From NCBI GenBank assembly GCA_049325275.1, contig JBMOLU010000086.1, positions 27,437 to 91,436 of the forward strand: 64,000 nt of DNA. The letters are read 5' to 3'. Positions within the stretch are counted from its first letter, which is position 1. Each line of letters starts with the position of its first letter. The stretch comes from Chloroflexota bacterium (GTDB lineage: Bacteria > Chloroflexota > Anaerolineae > Anaerolineales > UBA4823). Under the pieces are notes generated by a model that saw only the letters and a program-made list of their open reading frames with translations, had not been told where the DNA came from and ran no database searches. Of this stretch, positions 27,268 through 36,896 are shown one piece after another. The position numbers were made by a program, and so were the translations under genes.

Positions 27268-28221
27268 ATGTTCAAACGCTTGATGGTTTTCTTACTTACC
27301 CTGGTGCTCGTTTTGTCTGCCTGCGCGCCGAAGGCGCCGCCCGCTTTACAGCCGGTAACGATTCGCCTGGCGGCGCTGCGTATTCTCGATTCCCTGCCGC
27401 TGCTCGTTGCCGAGGAACAGGGCTACTTCGCCGCCGGCGGTATCCAGGTTGAAGTCATCCCCGTGGCTTCGGCCCCTGAACGCGATCAGCTGATAGCTGC
27501 CGGCCAGGCTGATGGCATGATCACCGAAATGCACTCGACCCTGCTGGCCAACCGCCAGCAAACCACCCTCCAGGTGGTGCGCTTTGCCCGGGCAGCCACC
27601 AGTGGTTCGCCCGTCTTTCGGGTGGTTGCGGCCAAGGACAGCGGCATCGTGACGCTGGATGATTTGCAGCCTGTCGAGACGGGAATTTCCGAGGGCACGA
27701 TCATCCAGTACGTCTTCGAGCGCCTGATTGCGGCCGAAGGGAAGGACCCTGGCCTGTTCGGCACCGTCAACATTCCGTCGATCCCTGAGCGTCTCAAGCT
27801 GCTCGGCGCCGGCGAACTGCAAGCCGCCGTTTTGCCGGATCCGGCAGCCTCGTTGGCCGTCTTGCAGGGCGCCATGGTGGTCGTGGATGACTCCAGCCAT
27901 CCCGAATATGGTTACAGCGTCCTGACCTTTCGTTCGGCTTTCCTCGACCAAAACCCCGACGCCCTCAAGGCTTTCCTGGAAGCCTGGGAGAAGGCCGTTG
28001 CCGACATCAATGCCGATCCGAACCGGTGGAAGGCGCTGCTGACCGAAAAGGAGATTTTGCCGCTGCCTTTGGCCGACAGTTACCAGGTCCCTGCCTTCGT
28101 CACCGCCGGTGTGCCTTCCGAAAGCCAGTTTGCCGACGCCCTCGATTGGGTCCAGGCCAAGGGCCTGCTGGACAAGGACCTGGCTTATCAAGACGTGGTC
28201 ACAGACGCCTTCTTACCCTGA
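27268..28221 (+). CDS. ABC transporter substrate-binding lipoprotein (NMT1/SsuA/TauA-like; nitrate/sulfonate/bicarbonate family)
   Basis: Lipobox LSAC, periplasmic-binding-protein fold. Confidence 0.75.
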   Translation: MFKRLMVFLLTLVLVLSACAPKAPPALQPVTIRLAALRILDSLPLLVAEEQGYFAAGGIQVEVIPVASAPERDQLIAAGQADGMITEMHSTLLANRQQTTLQVVRFARAATSGSPVFRVVAAKDSGIVTLDDLQPVETGISEGTIIQYVFERLIAAEGKDPGLFGTVNIPSIPERLKLLGAGELQAAVLPDPAASLAVLQGAMVVVDDSSHPEYGYSVLTFRSAFLDQNPDALKAFLEAWEKAVADINADPNRWKALLTEKEILPLPLADSYQVPAFVTAGVPSESQFADALDWVQAKGLLDKDLAYQDVVTDAFLP

Positions 28222-28372
28222 CTTCGGCCTGTGACCTTCGGCCTGGGCCGGCGCTTCCCGGTGAAGGCAGGCGCTCGATTTTTTTTCGGCTTCGCCGGGA
28301 AAAGGCCGTTGCACGCAAAACCTGGAAGTCTCTCGATTCGAAGGCCAAAAACGGTCGTCAGTGGTTTCCCGT

Positions 28373-29143
28373 ATGATCGAACTCGATACCGTTTCTTTCA
28401 CCTACCCGCACCAGGCGCCGGTCTTCGAGCGCTTTTCCTGGTCGGTTGCGCAGGGTGAGACCTGGGCGGTGCTGGGGCCTTCGGGCAGCGGCAAAACGAC
28501 CCTGCTCTATCTGCTCGCCGGGCTACGCACACCGACCAGCGGGCAGGTACGCGTTCACGGTGGGCCGCTCGTCCGGCCGCATCCGCAGACCGGCCTGATC
28601 TTGCAGGACTATGGCCTGCTGCCGTGGGCCACCGTGCGCCAGAATGCCACCCTGGGGTTGGAAATCCGCGGTTTTTACGGGCCGGATGGCAAGCACGCGC
28701 CCGCAGCAAAAAGGGATGCTTCGCTTGGCGAGATCGATGTGTGGCTTGCACGCCTCGGCCTTGTCGGTCTTGCCGACAAGTATCCTGCCCAACTTTCCGG
28801 CGGCCAACGCCAGCGCACGGCCATCGCCCGCACGTTGGCGCTCGATCCAAGCTTGCTGTTAATGGACGAACCCTTCGCCTCGCTCGATGCACCCACGCGC
28901 GAGGGCCTGCAGGCCCTGGTTGCCGAACTCTGCCGCGAGCGAAAGCTAACCCTGGTGGTGGTCACGCACGCCATTGAAGAAGCTGTGCTGCTCGGTGAAA
29001 AGATTCTGGTGTTGGGTAACCCGCCACATCGGGAGCCTGAAATCGTTGCCAACCCCGGGGCAGCTAAGGCGGCCTACCGTGAAACGGCCGAGTATCGAAG
29101 TTTCTGCCGGCAGCTACGCCGGCGGTTAGCACAGGGCCATTGA
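28373..29143 (+). CDS. ABC transporter ATP-binding protein (nitrate/sulfonate/taurine family)
   Basis: GPSGSGKTTLL, LSGGQRQR, LLMDEPFASLD. Confidence 0.85.
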   Translation: MIELDTVSFTYPHQAPVFERFSWSVAQGETWAVLGPSGSGKTTLLYLLAGLRTPTSGQVRVHGGPLVRPHPQTGLILQDYGLLPWATVRQNATLGLEIRGFYGPDGKHAPAAKRDASLGEIDVWLARLGLVGLADKYPAQLSGGQRQRTAIARTLALDPSLLLMDEPFASLDAPTREGLQALVAELCRERKLTLVVVTHAIEEAVLLGEKILVLGNPPHREPEIVANPGAAKAAYRETAEYRSFCRQLRRRLAQGH

Positions 29144-29203
29144 ATGTTTGCTGCCGTCTCTTGTATATAATCCATGCACGTTTCTTCTTTACCAGGCCAA
29201 AAG

Positions 29204-30097
29204 ATGTTTCAAAAGCAACCCGTGTCGATGTCCTCACCGGATACTCAGGCCACGCACGGCAGAAAGGCGAAGCCGTTTCTCAAATGGGCCGGTGGAAAAC
29301 AGCAGCTCCTTTCACAGTTTGAGGCTTTTTTCCCGAAGGCTTTTTCGAGGTATATCGAGCCATTTACCGGCGGTGGGGCTGTGTTCTTCCATCTGTGGAA
29401 TGTGCAAAGGTTGCCTTCGCAGGTTTGCTTGATCGATCATAACGAAGAATTGATCAACGCTTATCAGGTCGTTCGCCAGGATGTCGATGCATTGATTCAC
29501 CTGTTGCACAGGCACAAGCAAAACCATTGCCAAGAATACTATTATCACGTGCGCAAGATGGATCGCGGTGTCAGTCGATCCATGAGCGAGGCAGAACGGG
29601 CGGCCCGTACCGTCTACCTCAACCGGACCTGTTACAACGGGCTTTACAGGGTTAACCGGCGCGGTGAATTTAACGTGCCCATGGGGAGCTACGCCAACCC
29701 GCGGATTTTATACGAAGATGTCTTACGTGCTGCCAGCATCGCCTTGCAGGGGGTTTCCTTGTCGGTAAACGATTTCCGTAGCATCGTCGAGATGGCCTTG
29801 CCTGGAGATTTCTATTACTTCGATCCGCCGTACGATCCGCTCAGTAAAACGGCAAACTTTACCGGATACACGGCAAACAGCTTTGGCGATCAAGATCAGC
29901 GCGATTTAGCGGACGTGTTTCAGCAGTTGTCTGACAAAGGGTGCTTTTGCATGTTGAGCAATGCGCATACGCCGTTTGTGCTCGACCTTTACCGGGATTT
30001 TCGGATAGCGAAAGTTTCTGCGAAACGAGCCGTGAACTCAAACGGAAACAGTCGGGGCGCTGTTTTGGAAGTGGTGGTTATGAACTATGGTGGTTGA
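29204..30097 (+). CDS. dam: DNA adenine methyltransferase (Dam family, N6-adenine, DPPY motif); orphan
   Basis: KPFLKWAGGKQQLL, FDPPYDP, and NRTCYNGLYRVNRRGEFNVP, the Dam/DpnIIA signature. Visibly lower GC than its neighbours. Confidence 0.85.
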   Translation: MFQKQPVSMSSPDTQATHGRKAKPFLKWAGGKQQLLSQFEAFFPKAFSRYIEPFTGGGAVFFHLWNVQRLPSQVCLIDHNEELINAYQVVRQDVDALIHLLHRHKQNHCQEYYYHVRKMDRGVSRSMSEAERAARTVYLNRTCYNGLYRVNRRGEFNVPMGSYANPRILYEDVLRAASIALQGVSLSVNDFRSIVEMALPGDFYYFDPPYDPLSKTANFTGYTANSFGDQDQRDLADVFQQLSDKGCFCMLSNAHTPFVLDLYRDFRIAKVSAKRAVNSNGNSRGAVLEVVVMNYGG

Positions 30098-30145
30098 GCG
30101 TGGCGGGCTACCGTTTTCACCGCATAAGCGAAAAATGACGTTCGG

Positions 30146-30895
30146 GTGGTTTTCGTGAAACGCCGCGATCTTTTTTGGGCTTCTCTGTTTATCCTGTCGG
30201 TCTGGCAGATCGCCTCGCTGCTGCTCGCTCAGCCGGTTTTGCCGTCCCCGTGGGTTGTGGCGCAGGCTTTCCTGCGCGAACTGGGCAAAGATTTACCTGC
30301 CCATTTTCTTGCCAGCCTGTGGCGCGTGACGGCCGGTATCGCCCTGGCGGTATTGACCGCTGCGCCGGCCGGGCTGGCCATCGGGCAGTCCAAACGCATC
30401 GACCGTATCTTTACGCCACTGATTTATCTGCTGTACCCTATCCCCAAGGTGGTGTTCGTCCCGGTGATTTTGCTGCTGCTGGGCATCGGCGATATGCCCA
30501 AGATCGCTATCATCTTTTTGATCCTGTTCTTCCAGATTCTGGTACTGGTGCGCGATCAAGCGGCTGCCTTGCGCCCCGAACTGCTGCAAAGCGTACGCAG
30601 CCTGGGCGCCGGGCGGCGGGCCTTGTTCCGTTATGTCTACCTGCCCGCCAGCCTGCCTGCTATCCTGACGGCGCTGCGCCAGTCGGTGGGGACGGCGGTT
30701 GCCGTGCTCTACGTGGCCGAGTTGTTTGCCACCAAGCACGGCCTGGGGTACTACATCTCTCTACAAGGCAGCACGCTTTTCAATTACCCGGCTATGTATG
30801 CCGGGGTGGTCGCTATGAGCTTGCTCGGCCTGGGGTTGTACTTTGCCGTCGATTGGCTGGAAAAACGCCTGTGCCCCTGGTGTTTCTTGGCTTAA
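30146..30895 (+). CDS. ABC transporter permease (nitrate/sulfonate/bicarbonate family)
   Basis: Six TM helices and an EAA-like loop. GTG start. Confidence 0.8.
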   Translation: MVFVKRRDLFWASLFILSVWQIASLLLAQPVLPSPWVVAQAFLRELGKDLPAHFLASLWRVTAGIALAVLTAAPAGLAIGQSKRIDRIFTPLIYLLYPIPKVVFVPVILLLLGIGDMPKIAIIFLILFFQILVLVRDQAAALRPELLQSVRSLGAGRRALFRYVYLPASLPAILTALRQSVGTAVAVLYVAELFATKHGLGYYISLQGSTLFNYPAMYAGVVAMSLLGLGLYFAVDWLEKRLCPWCFLA

Positions 30896-30958
30896 GCCCC
30901 GGCAGGCTTTTAAAACCTGCCGGGGCTTTTCCTGGCTGCTGAAGATGCAGCAACTGCG

Positions 30959-33043
30959 TTACGACTCTGCCTGGCCCGGTTTGGGCGCCGGGAGTTTACC
31001 TGCCGTGACCTTCGGCAGCGCCGGCTTGGCGGCCGGTTCGAGCGCCTTGTCGCTGGACTCTTTCAGGCTTTGGTAAATCTGGGCGCGTAGTTTTTCTGCG
31101 GCCGGGGCGCGCGAGGGGGCGGCTTCCTGCCCGGCGGCCTCTTTGTTCACGCTGACGCCCAGTTTCTCGGAGAGCATCAGGGTCAGCAACCCTTCCATGA
31201 TGCTGCCGCTCGTGGCGCTGCCATTCTCGCTGCCCGCGCCTTGTACGACGACCCGCGGCACGACGTCCACGCCCGACTGTTGGATGGCATCGGCGAAGCG
31301 GCTGAGCACCTGCTGCGCCACCTGGAACTGCGGGCCGCCGTAGGCACGTACCTGTTCGTCGATGGCGATCGCCTGCGCCACGCCCACGCGGGCCACTTTG
31401 GTCGCCTCTGCTTCGGCCAGCGCACGGATCTGGGCGGCCTGTTGCAGGGCACGCTGGTATTCCGCCTTGCCCTCGTTCGTTTGGATGGCAATGCTCAGTT
31501 CAGACTCGGTGATCTGGCGTTGCTGTTGGGCGCGCGCTTCGGCTTCACGCAGCTCGCGCTCTTTGACTGCCGCCACTTCCTGCCGTCCGTAGGTTTCGAC
31601 CTGTTCCATGGCGATCTGGCGTTGGCGCAGTTGCGTCAGAATCGATTCGATGGCTTTGTCGCCTTCGGCAGCGGAACCGGGTGTACCGATCAGCACTTCT
31701 TCCAGCTCCAGGTTGTAGTGGGCGAACTTTTCCTTCATCTCCTGGCTTGCGATTTGCTGGATCGTGCTGCGTTCTTGCAGCAGTTGGATCAGCGTGCGCG
31801 TCTGGCCGATGTTCTTGAAGTAGGCGGCCACCATCGGGTCGAGGGTCTGTTCGACCAGGCGCTTGATGTCGCCGAAGCGCTGGATGACCAGGGGGGCTTT
31901 CTTGTAGTCGATGTGGATGACCACCGAGAGGGGCAGGGTTGGCTCGAAGGCGTCTTTGGTAATCAAAGAGACCTCGGCCAGGTTCTCGTCGTAGCCGTGC
32001 GAACCGGCCTGAGTGCGGATCCATTTGAGGATGATATTGGTCGTGGGGACGGGGATCACTTTGCCGGCATAGGTGTTGAAAGCATACTTGCCGGGCAAAA
32101 GCGCTTCGCTCCACACGCCGCGCTTGCCGCGTTCGACCAGTTCGCCGTGGCGGTAATCCATCCCTGAAAGGTCCTTGCCCATCGCACCGGTGTACGAAAC
32201 CACCACACCGACCATACCGACGTCGATGGTCGTCTTTTGGATCATCTCGACCGTCGAAAACAGGCGGTTCAGGTAGTACGTGCCTTCGACCAGCACTTGA
32301 AGCTGGCGGCCGCGAGAGCCACCGGCCAACAAGAAGCGGTCGGGGTCCTGGAAGTTGTTGTGATAGATGCTGCGGTTTTCCGGGTCATCGCCGACGATCG
32401 GGGCGATGATTTCGCCCTGGGCCAGCGAAGGGCCGTCGTGGACGGTCACGATCCCGACCAGGTCGTCGGTGTCCTTGATGACCACCGGGCGGAAGCCTTT
32501 GCGATCGGCGATGATCTCGGCCATGCGCTGGATGACGTTGGCTTCGTCACGGTTGAGGGGCATGCTGTAGACTTTTTCTTCGGTGATAACGACGAACTGC
32601 ATCAGATTGATGGCGTAGGTACCCTCACGCAGCACACGGCGCTGCGGGCCGCGCTGCCCACCGCTTTTCAGAAAAGCCTCGACCTCCTGAAAATCCTTGG
32701 TTTTGATATTGGACGCCAAGGCCTGGTCAGGTTCCAGGGGCGCACCGTCACGGGCGAAGATATAGCCGATCTTGCCCTGCGTAATCGTTACCAGGGGTGC
32801 GATATGGACGGCGTACTGGATCGGCATCAGGTAATGGATGCCGCCACGCAGCACCTGTGGTTGGTAACCGGCCTCGCCGTTCAAGGCGATGAAGCCCGAC
32901 TTGACCGAACCTTTGGTAGTGAAACGCTTTTCGACGATGCCGATCCGATTGTTGGGGATGAATCGGAAGCCGGAAAGTGCCACTGCGATCACAAGCAGGA
33001 AAAAGATGATCGCAAGAAACGAAATGAGGACAGCGATTTCCAT
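30959..33043 (-). CDS. Flotillin-family SPFH/band-7 protein
   Basis: N-terminal TM helix, SPFH domain, and a long Ala/Glu/Gln-rich coiled-coil (flotillin) tail. Confidence 0.8.
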   Translation of the reverse strand: MEIAVLISFLAIIFFLLVIAVALSGFRFIPNNRIGIVEKRFTTKGSVKSGFIALNGEAGYQPQVLRGGIHYLMPIQYAVHIAPLVTITQGKIGYIFARDGAPLEPDQALASNIKTKDFQEVEAFLKSGGQRGPQRRVLREGTYAINLMQFVVITEEKVYSMPLNRDEANVIQRMAEIIADRKGFRPVVIKDTDDLVGIVTVHDGPSLAQGEIIAPIVGDDPENRSIYHNNFQDPDRFLLAGGSRGRQLQVLVEGTYYLNRLFSTVEMIQKTTIDVGMVGVVVSYTGAMGKDLSGMDYRHGELVERGKRGVWSEALLPGKYAFNTYAGKVIPVPTTNIILKWIRTQAGSHGYDENLAEVSLITKDAFEPTLPLSVVIHIDYKKAPLVIQRFGDIKRLVEQTLDPMVAAYFKNIGQTRTLIQLLQERSTIQQIASQEMKEKFAHYNLELEEVLIGTPGSAAEGDKAIESILTQLRQRQIAMEQVETYGRQEVAAVKERELREAEARAQQQRQITESELSIAIQTNEGKAEYQRALQQAAQIRALAEAEATKVARVGVAQAIAIDEQVRAYGGPQFQVAQQVLSRFADAIQQSGVDVVPRVVVQGAGSENGSATSGSIMEGLLTLMLSEKLGVSVNKEAAGQEAAPSRAPAAEKLRAQIYQSLKESSDKALEPAAKPALPKVTAGKLPAPKPGQAES

Positions 33044-33663
33044 AGGTGTATTCTCTTTTCTGGTGCCTGATTTTTGGTTTCGATCCCCAGGGTTGAAAAC
33101 CTGCTGGATGGCGATGACGATCGCCGTGATTTACAGGCCCACCTAATTATACGGCGATTTCACGGGATGCGTTGCCGATGAGCGGCCGGACACGCTGAAT
33201 CCCCAGATTTCTTGGGTGCCGGTGCCAGCCCCCGGTATCTGGGGGCTGCAACGCTTCTGCTGCCGGCCGGTCCGTTATTTCTGCAAGGGCGCGACCTGGC
33301 GCAAGAGATCGGCCGCGATGTTCATGAGGTGGGTGACAGGGTGGAAGACCAGCTTATACCCGGCGCAGAGATAATTCATGCCTGGCCCGTCGGGGGCAGT
33401 GAGAAAGCGGTCCTTCGGACAGCCCCGGTGACGGACCAGGCCTGGGCAGCGTGGCGCGTTTGTCTTCTCCAAGCTTGGACTGCTTTTTCGACGCTACCAG
33501 ACCGAGCAGGTGTGTTGGCTGGGTACTGCCGCTTTGGAGAGAAAAAGCAGTACCGGTAGCTGAGGTTGTATCGAGCGCCGATGGGTTTTGCCATCCGGTG
33601 AAAAAACGCCGGCACTTTTTGGGGCAAGGTGGAGCTTGATGACACAGAGCGCTTGTGATGTCG

Positions 33664-34677
33664 TTACGGCGTTTCAGCGTCCCACTGCTGCATCTGGGCC
33701 CGAATGCGGTCGAGGGTGATCAGCGCGTCGAACGTGCGTTCGTCCCAGGCGTCGGGGGTCAGGTAGATTCCGTCTTGTTGCAGGCCGTGGTTGGGCATGT
33801 ACTGTAGGGCGGCCCAGACGTTGATCATGGGAATGTCATAGTCGTAGGCCACGCGGGCAATGGCCTTGTTGAGCAGGTTATCTTGCTCGATGTTGTCGGC
33901 TTTGGTCATCAGGACGGGGATGATGCCGTGTTCGAAGCAGAAATCGACAATTTGGCGCAGGTATTCTTCGAACTTGCCTGAGCCGCCAGGCGCCCAATTG
34001 GTGCCCATGCTGATGAAGGCGACGCTGGGTTTGTGGAGACGGTACTCACAGGCCAACGGCGTTTCGTTGGATTCGCACCACTCCGGGTCGGCCATCAGGG
34101 GGGAGAAGACGCTGTTGACACCGTAGCCATCTTTGACGGTGACATTGGGGGTGCTGAAGGCCCCGGCGAAGTGATCGATGGTGCCCTGTAGATATTTGTA
34201 GTCTTCGCCTAACCAATAGCGGTCGGTATCGTAAATGCCGAGAAATACTTCCGGCAGGCTCTGGCAGTCGCCGATACGGGTGAACATGTTGGGGTCGTTA
34301 CCCAGCTCCTTGCCGCGCAGGTAGATGGGTTTCAAGCTGCCGCTGACGGTGGGTAGGACGGTCCAGGCGCTCCACAAATCGGGCAGCAGGCGTGTGTCGG
34401 CCGTGGGGATGAGCGTTTCTGTGGGTGTTGGGGTCAAGGTTGGGGGGGGCGTTTCGGTGGGGGGATCGGCAGGCGTGTTTGTTGGCGCAGGGGTTGCGGT
34501 TTCGGATGCGGTACGCGTTGTGCTGGCAGTCGGACTCTGAATGGCGACGAGACTCGCAGTGGTGATGTGCGTTGAAGCCCCTGGGGTTGTCGTTGTCCGG
34601 TGGCTGCTACAGCTGATGGTCAATGTCCCTACGGCAAGCAGCGCTGTTAGAGATAGAATGCGTTTTTGGCCAGGCAT
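33664..34677 (-). CDS. Lipoprotein with Thr/Pro-rich linker, SGNH/GDSL-hydrolase-like
   Basis: Lipobox ISCS and a TPTPTET linker. The fold call is tentative. Confidence 0.4.
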   Translation of the reverse strand: MPGQKRILSLTALLAVGTLTISCSSHRTTTTPGASTHITTASLVAIQSPTASTTRTASETATPAPTNTPADPPTETPPPTLTPTPTETLIPTADTRLLPDLWSAWTVLPTVSGSLKPIYLRGKELGNDPNMFTRIGDCQSLPEVFLGIYDTDRYWLGEDYKYLQGTIDHFAGAFSTPNVTVKDGYGVNSVFSPLMADPEWCESNETPLACEYRLHKPSVAFISMGTNWAPGGSGKFEEYLRQIVDFCFEHGIIPVLMTKADNIEQDNLLNKAIARVAYDYDIPMINVWAALQYMPNHGLQQDGIYLTPDAWDERTFDALITLDRIRAQMQQWDAETP

Positions 34678-34976
34678 GGTGCTATATCCTCGAAAAGTGG
34701 TGTGTGATGGAAAACAAACAGGGCGACTGGATCGCCCTGTGGAATCGTTCTTGCGCCCGATTATATCAGAATAAGGGTTTTCCCTAGCGTCGTACAGGCA
34801 AACTCCCCATGGTAACCTGGGGAATTTGTTATAAGCTTATTGTAAACATGTGTCTGGTTAAAGATGCGAGATCGCTTTCGCTTGCTCTGCCGTGAGTAAG
34901 GCGACAGTTGGCAAATGGGCAGCACGCTTTAACACAGTTAATGTTGTGGTGCCGGCCCAAGTGATTGGAGGACAAG

Positions 34977-35156
34977 ATGGATTTACTTACCCTGGCGATT
35001 GCCGCACTGGTGGTTTCTGTGATAGCCGGTGTGTTAGGTTTTACAGGCGTGGCGCGCGGCGCAGCTACGGTGGCTAAAGTGCTCTTTGGTGTTTTTCTGG
35101 TGATTGCCGTGCTACTGCTGTGTATCTTTTTGTTTACGGTCGGGCTCGCTTTTTAA
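34977..35156 (+). CDS. DUF1328/UPF0391 small membrane protein
   Basis: MDLLTLAIAALVVSVIAGVLGFTG. GGAGG RBS. Confidence 0.7.
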   Translation: MDLLTLAIAALVVSVIAGVLGFTGVARGAATVAKVLFGVFLVIAVLLLCIFLFTVGLAF

Positions 35157-35161
35157 TCTCA

Positions 35162-35472
35162 TGGGCGCATCCGATTTTTACGTCGATTTCCAAATCGAGG
35201 TGGCCGATCCCGGTGGCATCTTGGCCGCTGAAGCAGAACGTCGCCTGCGTGCACTGCGTGAGGGCCATACCGATCTGGTTGGTGCGGCGGTAGCCATTGT
35301 CGAACTGTCGAACGCCAACACACCGCATGCCTACGAGGTGCGCGTGGTCGTTTACACCCGCCCTACGTACATTGCAGCAACCGAAAAAGGCGAAACGTCG
35401 CGCCAGGCGTTGAAGGGCGCTTTGGATGCGCTCGAGCGCCAGGTACGGCAAAAACGTGAAAAGCTGCGCTAG
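35162..35472 (+). CDS. Ribosome-hibernation-factor-like (HPF/RaiA short-form-like) protein
   Basis: C-terminal ...ALKGALDALERQVRQKREKL resembles HPF ...AIDxLxDKLERQLRKxKEK. Spaced 5 nt after DUF1328. Confidence 0.35.
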
Positions 35473-35489
35473 GCGCAGGCGCTGAGGTT

Positions 35490-36878
35490 GTGATGTCAAG
35501 GGCATTTTTTCGATCTGCTGTGCTGGTTTTGTTGCTGACCTATTTGGCGCGTTCTCTGTTTGCCTTTTCGGGGGCAAGCTTTCATTCGCTTTTGCCGAGG
35601 CAGGCAGCGCAGGCAGCAGACGCAGGTGTATGGCTGTTGGAAGTTCGGGGCGTCATTAACCCTCCGGCGGCCAACTATATCGACCGCGTCTTTCAGGAAG
35701 CGCGCCAGCAAAATGCTGCGCTCATCGTTCTTCGGCTGGACACGCCCGGCGGGCTGGACAGCGCCATGCGCGAAATTATCCAGAACATCCTGGCTTCTCC
35801 TGTGCCGGTAGCCGTTTACGTAACGCCTGCGGGTGGGCGGGCGGCTTCGGCGGGCCTGTTCATCCTGACCGCGGCGCACTTCGCAGCCATGGCTCCCGGA
35901 ACGCAGACCGGCGCGGCGCATCCGGTTGCCCTGGGCGGTGAGGCGGATGAAGTGATGAGCGCCAAGGCGGAAAACGATGCCGCCGCAACCATCCGTTCGT
36001 TGGCCAACCAGCGTGGGCGAAATGCAGATTGGGTCGAGCGCGCCGTGCGCGAGAGCATTTCGGCGACGGCGGACGAGGCCTTGCAGCACAACGTGATCGA
36101 TCTTATCGCTCGAGATGTCGAAGATTTGCTCGCCCAGCTTGACGGCATCACTGTACAGACTGCCGGCGGTGCGGTAACGCTGGACCTGCGCTCGGCTGTG
36201 CTCGTCGAGCGTTCGATGAATTTCGCCGAGCGTTTCTTGCACGCCATCAGCAATCCCGACATTGCCTTTCTCCTGCTTAGCATTGGCAGCGTCGGTATCC
36301 TGGCGGAATTGTACAACCCGGGTGCGCTATTTCCGGGTATTGCCGGCGCAATTGCCCTGATCCTGGCTTTCTTTTCCCTGGGGAACTTACCCACCAACTG
36401 GGCCGGTGTGGCCCTGGTGGGCTTCGCGATCCTTTTGTTCGTGGCAGAGTTGAACACCGAGGGAACCGGCGTGCTGGGAGTTGGGGCGTTGGTCGCTTTT
36501 GTCCTGGGAGCGATGATTCTGTTTCGTCCCTTCCGGCTCGATTCGCCCGCCCTGCCCGTTTTGAGCGTTAATCCCTGGTTGGTGGGTGGCATGGCCGTGG
36601 CGGTGGGCGCTTTCCTGTTTGTCGTCTTACGCCAGTTGATCGCCGCGCGCCGCGCGCCGATCAGCACGGGTAAGGAGCATTTCATCGGGCAAATTGTGCC
36701 CGTTCAGCAGGAACTCAACCCGCGCGGGCGGGTGTGGTTCGCCGGCCAATCGTGGTATGCGGAACTGGTCGCCGGTTCGCCGGTAGGCGTGGGGGAAAAG
36801 GTACGTGTGGTCGGAATCGACTCGTTGACTTTGTTGGTCGAACCGCTGGAGCAGGCGCCGCCCCCGCCGCCTGTATAG
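35490..36878 (+). CDS. NfeD-family membrane-bound ClpP-class serine protease (long form)
   Basis: ClpP-like N-domain, TM segments, and a C-terminal OB domain. Confidence 0.8.
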   Translation: MMSRAFFRSAVLVLLLTYLARSLFAFSGASFHSLLPRQAAQAADAGVWLLEVRGVINPPAANYIDRVFQEARQQNAALIVLRLDTPGGLDSAMREIIQNILASPVPVAVYVTPAGGRAASAGLFILTAAHFAAMAPGTQTGAAHPVALGGEADEVMSAKAENDAAATIRSLANQRGRNADWVERAVRESISATADEALQHNVIDLIARDVEDLLAQLDGITVQTAGGAVTLDLRSAVLVERSMNFAERFLHAISNPDIAFLLLSIGSVGILAELYNPGALFPGIAGAIALILAFFSLGNLPTNWAGVALVGFAILLFVAELNTEGTGVLGVGALVAFVLGAMILFRPFRLDSPALPVLSVNPWLVGGMAVAVGAFLFVVLRQLIAARRAPISTGKEHFIGQIVPVQQELNPRGRVWFAGQSWYAELVAGSPVGVGEKVRVVGIDSLTLLVEPLEQAPPPPPV

Positions 36879-36896
36879 CTTAGAAAGGAGCAAAAG

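Noticed and set aside
28222-28360. Possible terminator with a T8 run (cgattttttttcgg) after the substrate-binding-protein gene
   Set aside because: The preceding stem is weak and irregular. The downstream ATPase is most likely co-transcribed with the SBP gene.
29144-30145. Restriction-modification system or prophage around the Dam methyltransferase
   Set aside because: No endonuclease, integrase, or phage structural or regulatory genes were seen on either side. The methyltransferase is flanked directly by ABC transporter genes.
33275-33472. 65-aa Cys-containing minus-strand ORF (CPGLVRHRGCP...) in the flotillin/lipoprotein gap
   Set aside because: Several overlapping short frames on both strands with no RBS. 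No family could be recognised. It is left uncalled rather than risk an invented annotation.
35134-35577. 147-aa minus-strand ORF overlapping the DUF1328, HPF-like and NfeD starts
   Set aside because: The plus-strand genes have RBS signals and recognisable family motifs. The minus ORF has neither.
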